DNA from: the human T2T-CHM13v2.0 reference genome, Homo sapiens
Length of the DNA stretch: 64,000 nt
Strand: one strand, 5' to 3'
Assembly: GCF_009914755.1 (NCBI RefSeq)
Contig: NC_060925.1
Shown: positions 53,836-64,000 of the stretch, in pieces
Numbering within the stretch: position 1 is the first letter of the stretch
How the letters are laid out: every line of letters begins with the position of its first letter
Program-made: the position numbers and the translations under genes
The notes under the pieces: generated by a model
The model's database searches: none
What the model was told of the DNA's origin: nothing
What the model saw: the letters and a program-made list of their open reading frames with translations, nothing else

Positions 53836-54409
53836 GGCCTTTTACATTTTTTAAATTTTCCTATTTTGCCCAGAAAAGTAATTTGCTGTGCTGCAAGCTG
53901 AGGGCCACTGTCTTCTCAGGTTGATTCAAGGAAGGAACGTTGATACATGGCCAGGAGGATCTGGAGCTACTGGGAGGCCTGTAGTGGGCATTATCCTGAG
54001 CTGTGTAGTCACACCATAAAGCAGGGGCATCAACCCAACTCATTCATATGCACTCCTCCTCATGAAGTCTGATTGAGTCTGCTTGTGGGATTTTGGGCAG
54101 GGGAAGAGAATAGCAATGCAGAGGGGGAAGGAAGCAAAGAGAGGAGCTGCATGTTGGGTACAGGCTTAAAGGCCAATGAACATCACCTGGATAAGTTATC
54201 CAGGTGAGACTTAGAGGGAATGTAAACTTGTCATGTAGATGACAGATTGGAGGGCCAAAGAAATGTGGGCTTAGGAATCAAACCAGTGGTTAAAACCTGA
54301 CTTTGTTACATCTTTGCTGTAACTTTAGGCAAGACAATTCACCTCCATGAGCCTCAGCTTTCTCACCTGTGAAGGTGTTGTGAGACGTGGGCCAGGAATT
54401 TTCCACCCT

Positions 54410-54576
54410 TTCTGTGTATAAGGATCACCTTGGGAATTAAAAAATATTCCATCCCCAGGTCCTATCCCCTGAGACCCTGATTCAATTGGTTTGGGATGGG
54501 GCCTAGGCATTGATTTTTTTTGTTGTTTTTTAATTCCCAGAGTCTTCTAACATGAGACGAAGTTGAGCACCTCTGA
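54410..54576. mobile_element. MER5-like DNA transposon remnant
   Basis: GGATCACCTTGGGAA...CCCTGAGACCCTGATTCAATTGGTTTGGGATGGGGCCTAGGCAT...GTTGAGCACCTCTG. Confidence 0.65.
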
Positions 54577-54769
54577 GTTAGAAGATCTTAAGGTAACATG
54601 CCAAGCACACAGGAAATTCTCAACAAGTCATAAATATTATTATTTTCAGGAAAAATATACAGGGATCCTAAATGTCTGTCTAACCTTGGGGAAGTCACTT
54701 AGCATCTCTGAGTTATGATTTCTTCATCTGAAAAATGACATGCCAATGTAAAAAGAAAACAGTATATTT

Positions 54770-54990
54770 AGTCTTAGGCTCTGGGTCCAAATCCTGGTCT
54801 GATAAGTAACGTCTATTCTTATGGTGTGGCCTTGGGTATGTTTCTTAATCTCTTCAAGCATCATTTTCTTCATAAGAATATTAATTCAACTTCACAGAGA
54901 TGTTCTGAGGATTAAATGAGATAATCTATGTAAAATGCTTGGCACAGTGCCTGACACTGTGGTGAGTTCTCAGTAAATGATTGCTGCTGT
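54770..54990 (+). mobile_element. MIR
   Basis: GTGTGGCCTTGGGTATGTTTCTTAATCTCT...GAGGATTAAATGAGATAATCTATGTAAAATGCTTGGCACAGTGCCTGACAC. Confidence 0.8.
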
Positions 54991-57689
54991 TACTGTTATA
55001 ATAATTATTATAGTTATAATTATAAGAACACATATCCCCATTCTGACACAGAGTGGGGGTGTCCAATATATTTTTACTGAATCAAATTGAATATAACAGA
55101 CTGAACAATGCTGATGATAATCCAACAAGCATCCTAGAATGATTCCCGCCAAATGCTGTCCCCTTCAATAAAACTCTGTGGTCATGGGTCACAGTCACTA
55201 AAGAAGCTCTCTAATTTCAAATGTTCAAGAGCCTCTGAGGCCACAGGGCTTGCCCAAACCTGCAGCAAATACTTCTGAAATACTGTGTTTGGGGCCATTC
55301 ATTCTTTCAAACTGACTTTGTTGAGTATTTTTTTAAGAGAAGAAATAAAAACTTCTATGCATTATATAAAATGTAAAGTGTAGAAGCGTTTACAGCAATC
55401 TGAAGCCTTGTGGATGTGCACATTGGCTTGAAGTTCAGTTCAGGCAAACTGCAGTCAAATTCAACCATTCAGATCTCAGCTATCTTATGAGCTCATGTGG
55501 GTCACAAATGGAAATCATTGGTCAAACAAATGATCTGAATCCCAGCATTTTACTAGTAGTATAATATACTCTGCATAAGCAACAAAAAGTAAATAGATTC
55601 CCTGTGGTTAAAGATGAAAATAAATTTATTAATGTAAAAAATTGTCACAAAGAACCAACATTTGAATTCGTTTTGAAAAAGAAATGAAAAGATTGACCTA
55701 CCTCGGAAAAATGCAACTCGCTTCTTGAAATTATGAATTTCAATTAGGGGCCAACTAGTTTGAGAAGTTGCCTCTGGTTTCCTTTATTAAATTAACTCAT
55801 TCTGTAATTTTTCAGGTGAAATGTCACTTCCTCAGGAAAGTCCTCCCTGACTCACTCCTTCCATCCCCCTCCATAGACTAGCTCCAGTCCTTCTTACACA
55901 CTTCCATGGCTTCTTATAGTTTTCTTCATGGAGTGTATCTTAGTATGTAATTATGTGTTTATTCTATTATGGTCTATCTCTGCCTATAGATCAAAGCTCC
56001 ATTAGAGAAGTGACCATATCTGTTTTCTTCACTGTTGCATCCTTGTGCCTAACCTGGCACATGAGAAACCCTAAACAGACACTTGTTGAATGAGTGCATG
56101 TCTGAAAGGCAGACCCTAAAGAACCCCCCTACCCAGAGATGAGAGGCAACAGGTGTACGAAGGGCCATATTCTGTCCCTCTAAGTCTCATTTTCCTCTCT
56201 GTGTTTCTGTGCTTCCACCATGTCTGGCTCCTATCTGACTGGAACATCAATAAAAGCCTATTTCCCATTTTCCCTTAGCAACCACTGGATAGTTAACATT
56301 TTCAAAATGTTTTTCCAAATACGAGGAGAGAACAAAATGGAAATAAATAGAAAAATGATGTACACAGAAGAAAAATAGTCAAGTTGACAGTCACACATGG
56401 TGGTCATACACTAATCCTAATAATAACATAATAGTAGCAGGAACCTCATTGACACAGTCTCTGGGCCTTCCGGGAAACAAGATGGTGATTCTGCCTTATT
56501 CCACAAGGCTAGAGTTCTTTCTTATCCTGTTGTTGTTGGCTGGAAGTCACTGACTCTCTAACCCCCTACTTAGTTAAGGAGAACCCTGCCTCATTCTAGT
56601 CTTCTGATGATTCCAACATCATTTTTGAGACAATAGGGCAACCTTCCTTCAGAGACCACATTAGTTCTCTGGTTATCATCTCTGCTCATCCCAAGCACCT
56701 GGTGGTTCAAAATGCCTGCCCTTCACAAGTCCTCATAGGGCCAGAGTGTACCCCTAGACTTAAAAAAAAAAAAGACAACTCTAGGTTACCATTCTGAGTC
56801 AAAGGCATAAAGGAGAACATTCGTTCAGAAGGTTAAGTCATCTCAGAAGTATACAGCAAACTGTGAACTCTGATTTTCTTAAGAATGTCTCTCAACCACA
56901 CCAGAAAGTCAATACAAAATCAGAGGAGAGAAATGAAAACAGAACTAATGATTATTGATTTCCATGATAGGAACTGTACTAACTGCTTTACATATTTAGT
57001 TCTTTTAATCTTTTCAAAATATCCCATAAAGTCAGTATTATTAATATCTCCATTTTTCTGATGAGGAAACTAAGACTTAGAGAGATCATAGAACTTGTTT
57101 ATAGTTACATGGAAAAGACTTCAACCTGGGTTTCTTTGATTCGAAACTTAGGTTGTGATGGCTGTTTTGATATAGGCCTTGCCTCAGAGTTTCCTGAAGC
57201 AACAAGGAGCTGAAATGACTATGGGATTTAATCCCTGTTCCCTTTTTCCTAGAGGCTGAATCCCTACCTAGAAACCTGAGAATTAGACCCTATGGGAAAG
57301 TCCAGTATCTACCATTCCAATCATTCATGTCTTAAGTAACTAATAATTTTGTAAACACTGAAGATTTGACTACATTATCTGTGGTTTCTTAAATCATGGC
57401 TTCCTTACACCAGAGTCTGAATTTTTTAAGCTCTTTGAGGTTACCAACTGTTGAAGCAGATTTCTACTGGCATATATCCTCTGCTGATGGCCAAGGCATT
57501 AGAACCTGTTGGTAATCACCTCTTACTGCTGGGGAAGAGTGGAGGATTATCTGAGCCAAAAAAGGAGACAACTGGATAGCCCCAGTCAGAGATATCTCTG
57601 TGAAAAATGTCAGCCTCCCCAATACCCCGCAAAAGTGTTTTCTTACCCTATTATTGATTAGAGGAATAAGAATAAGAATAGAGATAATA

Positions 57690-57905
57690 GTAGCAAACCT
57701 TTCAGGAATGCTTGCCTTGTGCTAGGCTTTATGTACATTTTTCATTTAATCCTCAAAGTAGTCCTGGACGTAGGTACTATTATTATTAGCCTCATTTTAA
57801 AGGTGAGGAAACAAGGCATAGGGATGTTGGGTAATTTTCCCAAGGTCACACAGGAGTAAACGGTAGACACAGGATTAAAACCCAGGCCATGTGACTCTAG
57901 AGCCC
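57690..57905 (-). mobile_element. MIR
   Basis: TCATTTAATCCTCA...CATTTTAAAGGTGAGGAAACAAGGC...TTCCCAAGGTCACACAG. Confidence 0.8.
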
Positions 57906-59889
57906 CAGCCATGGACTTCTGCCCCAATTCTGGCTCCCACTGAGTCTGAGTCTCTAGCCTCATTGACAGGATTTGTGCTCTTCTGGTCAGGATGGGGAGA
58001 TGATGAAACATTCATCCTCAAAGGGTCATATACAAGTTCTCCAGGGATGTCCAGATGACCCCTATTGGTCCAGGTGAGATCCTGACAGGCACTATCATCC
58101 AAATGTCCCAACAAGCACCCTGGAGTTCATTTATATTTTCATTCTATGTTGTGGTGGGTGGGAATGTACTAGATCCAATCCACAGGATAAAGATGGCTTT
58201 CTTTCATTTACTAACACAAATTTCTTTATTTAGTAGCACAAAGGAATACTTATTAATGTCGACCAATATAAAAAAATCCTTTCCCTCCAAGTTTTTATAT
58301 TATAATGGAAAACTGACTCATATATACAACATACAATACATTTTCTTTTGATAGTTCTTTTCATAGATTCTTTTAATGCTGGCAGGGGATGTATTGGGGT
58401 GCAGAATATTAAAACCCCACCTCCCCATCTTTATTATCAGGCACACCTCTATTATCAAGGAAAAGAAATGGCAAGAATAGAGGAAAAAGAGATAATCAGT
58501 TAAGGGCGAGGCATTTTTTTGCTAACGTAAGGATGGATAAGAGAAAGATGCACACAGGTGCATGGGACTCTGGATAGTGGCCAAGGGAAGGTTTATCTCA
58601 ACTGGTAGGTCTAGTAGGTAACTGGAAAAGACCCTACCTCCCACCCTGCTAACATATTTGGCCACATTGCTGGGCCATCAAATGGTCTCCAACCACTAAG
58701 CTCTGTTGCTGGCTTTGGGACCCATTCTGGAGAGGCAGCATGTCACGAGAGGTATATGGCAATATGAAAAGTGAAAAGTGCACAGGCTTTTAACTCAGTT
58801 TTGGGCTCAATTACTGCTTTATCACCAAGGTACTGTGAAACCTTAGGAAAATCTATGACTCTCAGTTTCAGGTTTTTCAACTGTCAAAGAGATCCTTATA
58901 AGGTTTTCATGTCTAACTGAGACAAGGCATGTAAAGTGCCTGGCAGGCACAGTGCCTGTCACACAGTAGGTTGCAAAAACTATGAGTTGCCTTTTTCATT
59001 CTTACCTTCTGAGATAATTTCTATTACTCTTTCCTTTCAGGAGGTCACAGGGTAATGACAAGGATGGGTTCCTGGAGCCAGTTCATTTTGGGTGAAGGAT
59101 TTTCCTCCTCCCTGAAGGCTGGGCAGTATTACTGTAGATATGCCACCCACCATCCCTTCCTGGCAAACAAAGGCAGTCTGCCTTGTTTAAGAAAGCTGGA
59201 ATCTTACTAAGGTCTGTACTTTTATAAATTGTAGGACTTAAGTTGAGTTTGGGGTTTTATTGTCTGCTTTTAAAATCATGATCAGATATTATATATTTAA
59301 AACATGGCTTCAGAATTGTGAAACACAGTGTTCTCAATCATAAAAAAGGATGAACTATGTTATGCCTTTCTGTTTCCATTTCTGGGTTCTCTTTTTGTCT
59401 CCTTGCATGAATTTTTCTGTGATGCCCTGCCTTATGTCCTAATTCTTCTGGGACACTAACTGTGAAAATGTAGGCAAGATTCTTAACTCCTTTAAGACTG
59501 TCTTATTTGTTCATTCATTTATTTACTATTGAACTATTTGGTGAGCGCTTATAATGTGCCAGAATCTCTGATTAATGCTTGGGATACAGTAGAGAATCAG
59601 ACAGACAGTTTCCCCCATTTGTGAAACGGGAAAATGAAACGCATATTTTAGGATTTTCAAATGGAGTAAGTGAAATTTTATATATATATGAGAGGAAGAG
59701 ACAAAGAAGAGGACTAAAATCTATTGAACCCCTTACTTGATCCCCAGTAATGCTAGGTGCTGGATATGCAATTCTGATAATAAACTTGGAAAGTGATTGT
59801 TGTTATCCCTATTTTATAGATGTAGCAACTGAGGTTCAGAGAGGGAGGGTGAAGGTCCAAGTCACACATTGGATTCAAACCTGGTATGA

Positions 59890-60321
<432 letters not shown>

Positions 60322-61358
60322 ACTGTGGATATATTTGATAGCACTAAATGTGGTCTGGGTAGAGTAAGGGGTACTTGAATGGAAAATCCAAATCATGTTC
60401 CCTGATTCTTTAGGGACAAGATGTAAAGAAGACTTTATGAAAGGAAAGGGAGGGAGACATACGTTAAGCTCACTAACTCCAAGTCATAGGAAGAACTTTA
60501 AGGTCCTCTGGCAGCTAGACTCACCAGCTCAGGAGACAGCTGAGACACAGACTCTTGGCGAGAGGAACATTGTCTTTCCCAAGCCAACCCATCTCTGCTG
60601 CAGTGACATTAAAAGATAAAATGTTCAAAACTCTCTACCCCTCTGACTCTTACCACTTCCTAGGTGGAGGCAGACCTGAACTGCATAAACAACGAGGTAT
60701 ATTTTTCCACTTAAGATGTTCAGTGCCTATCCAAGGAAGAAAGAGTCTGTCAGAAAACATTCACTTAGGGCCTGCACATTTTCAAGAAGCTGAAAGCAGA
60801 GTAGGAAGTGAAATCACTATGCTTACATTTGGCAAGAGGACTGCAAAACTGCCCCCAAGCTAAACAATTTGGACCTGTGCACCCTTTTCTCTTCCATCTC
60901 TTTGTTTGGATAAGTCACAGCAAGAGCACGTAACAGATTTACCAGCACTATTCATGTGTTTTTAACTTTACGAGCAAAGCCTTCTCTTTGGTATCAAGAA
61001 AAGGAAGGGTCGGTCATGCCAGAGAGTGCTTGTTGCCACTGAGAAAACTTGTGAGGGTTACCAGAATGAAAAGACAGACACAAATGAAGAAAGGCAGAGT
61101 TTTGCATGCAAAAAGGGGGAAAAAAATCTTTTCCTTGGCATAGAAAAATTTCATCCTGAAGGTTCTTTTTTCCCTTTTTTTGGCAATGTGATAAACACCT
61201 TAAAATAGAGTTATGAAACAGAAACAGATTCTATAGAATGAGGAAACCAAGACTAGTGACCTCAGAGAACTTATGTATCAAACCTGTCATTCTAGAGATG
61301 ATAAAACTGAGGCCAGAAGGTTGATGATTTCCCCAAAGTCAAAGAGTTTGTCATTGAC

Positions 61359-61870
61359 TGCTATGGTTTGAATGTGCCCCTCAAAGTTCATGGGTTGGAA
61401 ACTCAATCTCAAGTACAACAGTGTAGAGAGGTGAGACATTTAAGAGGTGATTAGATCATAAGGGTTCTGCCCTCATGAATGAATTAATATCATTATCTCA
61501 GGAGTGAGCTCATTATTGCAAGAGTGAGTTTGTTATAAAAACGAGTTTGAGCTGGGCGCAGTGGCACAAGCCTGTAGTCCCAGCTACTTGGAAGTCTGAG
61601 ACAGAGGATTGAGCCCAGGTTCAAGACCAGCCTGGGCAACATTACAAGACCTTATATCTGAAAAAAAGAAAAAAATTATTTTGTCTCTCTCTCTCATCTG
61701 TCTTGCCATGTGATGCCTTCTACCATGCTATGACACAGCAAGAAAGCCCTCACCAGATGTAGCCCCTTAACTTCCCGGCCTCCAGAACCATGAGCCAAAT
61801 AAGCTTATGTTGTCTATAAATTACCTAGTCTGTGGTATTTTATTATAGCAGCACAAAACTGATTAAGACA
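61359..61870 (+). mobile_element. MST-family MaLR solo LTR, interrupted by an Alu monomer
   Basis: Starts TGCTATGGTTTGAATGTG, contains TCTGCCCTCATGAATG, ends TATAGCAGCACAAAACTGATTAAGACA. Confidence 0.85.
61550..61676 (+). mobile_element. FLAM-like free Alu monomer
   Basis: GCTGGGCGCAGTGGCACAAGCCTGTAGTCCCAGCTAC...CAAGACCAGCCTGGGCAAC plus A-tail; single arm only. Confidence 0.85.
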
Positions 61871-62712
61871 TGACCAAATCAATAATGAAGCTCAGCTTCT
61901 AGTGGGCCTTATCGCTGTCCTCCATTGCTCGGCATTCCCTTGATTACAATGAAAAGCCTTCAGTAAAAGGTAATCTCATTCATCCTCGGGCATTAGCTTA
62001 CCTAGTCTTAAGTAAACATATCCCAGCATTTTCCAGGTTTAGCATTAGAAGAAGCCTTTTAGCTGAGGAGGGGGGTGGGAGAGGATGAATTAATTCTCTT
62101 CTCTAAATCACCTTCCCCTTGGAGTCTATCTATAGTCCTGCTGCCATTTCCATGCTGCCCTCCCCCACCACTACCCTCCATTCCCCCATCCCCATCAAGG
62201 GGTTCTGTTAATTCTCTAACACTTGAGCCAAAGAATGAGCCCAACCCATTTTGGGGGTTGCCCTAAGCATAGCTGAGGTAGTCTGAACTTACAAAGAGAC
62301 TTTACTGAAACAGAGGTAAGAGAAAAGGCAGTAGAATGTAGTGGAGCAATCTGAACTTTGAAATCAGAAAAATCGGGGTTTAAATCTCAGCTCTACTGCC
62401 CATTAGCTGTGCAGATCTGACTAAGTCACTTGTCTTGTTAAGTTTTCTCATTTGTTGGATATGGAGACAAAATTAGGGCATTTGATACAATTAAATAAGA
62501 GCATAAGGCATCTACCTCAGATCTTTGCACACAGTAGGCACTGGTGTTCATAAAACATAAAAAAAAGTTTGATTTAGAAAGCATGGGTTTATGGTCAATC
62601 ATTCAAAAAACATTTCCCGAGCCACCTTATCTGTGCCAGACTCTAAATTAAGTGTTGGGACAGAAACAAACAAGAAATGGTCCTTACCCTGCAGGAAATA
62701 ATTTTTAATGGG

Positions 62713-63158
62713 TGTTATGGGTTTCACTGTGTCCCTACAAAGATATGTTGCAGTCCTAACCCCCAGAATTTGTTAATGTGACTTTATTTGGAATCAAGGT
62801 CTTTGCAGATATAATCAAGTTAACATGAGGTCATTAGGCTGGGCCCTAGTTCAACATGACTTGTGTCTTATAAGATGAGAAAAATACCATATGAAGACAG
62901 AGACACATAGGAGGAATGCCATGTGATGATAGAGGCAGAGATTGAAGTAATGCAGCTGCAAGCAAACTAAGGAACACCAAAGGATCAATGGCCACCAACA
63001 GACACTAGATAAAGACAAGGAAGGATTCTACCCAGAATCTCAGTGGGAGCATGGCTCTGCAAACACCTTGATTTTGGACTTGTATCAACAACAGTGAGAA
63101 AATAAATTCATGTTGTTTTAAGTGACCCAGTTTGTGGCATCCCTAGGAAACCAATAGA
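62713..63158 (+). mobile_element. MLT1 (B/C-like) MaLR solo LTR
   Basis: TGTTATGGG...ATGTGACTTTATTTGGAA..GGTCTTTGCAGAT...ACACCTTGATTTTGGACTT...AATAAA...CCCTAGGAAACCAATA. Confidence 0.85.
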
Positions 63159-64000
63159 ATTGGGAGATATGCAAGGGAGCAAATGCAATAATTCCAACAG
63201 AATAAATGATGTAACACTTAATGAGTTCCCTGAGCTGTGCCTATTACATTTATTAAATTATGTAATCTTGGTTAAGCCAGGAAATCTTGTGAGCCTCGAT
63301 ATTCATGGAGGTATGTGTAAGTAGAAGTAGTTTGTCCAAGAAAAAGACAGGCAGTCCATGTCTGCCTGAGGAAGCTGGGGAAGGTTTTCTAAAAAGGATA
63401 GTTGGAGCTGATACCTCAAGGATGAGTAGAAGCTTAGCAGGTGTGGGAAAGAGCAGAGGGAAAGACACCACTCAGGCTAGAGAGCCTAGTGTAGAAGCAG
63501 AAAAGTGTGAACTAGTTTTTAAATTTTTAGAAAACTACAAATATTTAAGCATTGCTGGAGTATGGTGCTGATATTCATCAGCCTTCTAGATCCCTTCTTC
63601 ACCTTGATGTCCCACAGACACCTCCTATTCAAAATATCCCAAATTGAACCAGACCGCTCTTTCTACCCCCATTCACACTCCATATATGTTCTCCTTTTGC
63701 ATTCTCTGACTTGGTGAATGGCCCCACTACCTACCCATGTAGCCCAGCTAAAAGTCTCTAAGTGTCCACATGACGAACTCTTGGAAATTGACTTCCTTTT
63801 TATATCCAATTTACACAATCATTTTTGAGCTTTACTGTCTCTGGTTCTGATGGCTTCTCACTTGGCACAAGCTCTGAACTCTCCAGCTGTGTCTCTAGGC
63901 CATATTCCTTCCAGCTAAGCCTCTCTGCCAGATAATTAATGATCTATAAACAAATGCTTAATTGTACTAGGGGAGCACATATTTAAAGAAACTTTATGAT

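Overview
Mammalian (almost certainly human) genomic DNA. The window holds five of the six coding exons of BEND5 (BEN domain-containing 5) on the minus strand: exon 1 CDS 47582-47357, exon 2 32211-32078, exon 3 30025-29641, exon 4 13513-13365 and exon 5 7193-6980. All in-window junctions are GT-AG and splice into one open frame (1108 nt, 369 codons + 1 nt). The last exon lies left of position 1. A TATA-less CpG-island promoter sits at about 47.1-47.9 kb. From recalled annotation (not visible here), BEND5 is nested in the same orientation inside a very large intron of AGBL4 at 1p33; I found no AGBL4 exon in the window. The rest is intronic DNA rich in old MIR/L2 fragments, with four Alus, a FLAM, three L1 pieces, two MaLR LTRs, MER5 elements and microsatellites. 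I see no clearly new gene system. The best leads are: phase compatibility between BEND5 and its host gene (possible in-frame chimeras); a candidate in-frame 69-nt cassette exon; a possibly unannotated N-terminal domain; a coding A9 run; a twin-primed L1 plus Alu inside one target-site duplication; and a 59-bp dispersed duplication.
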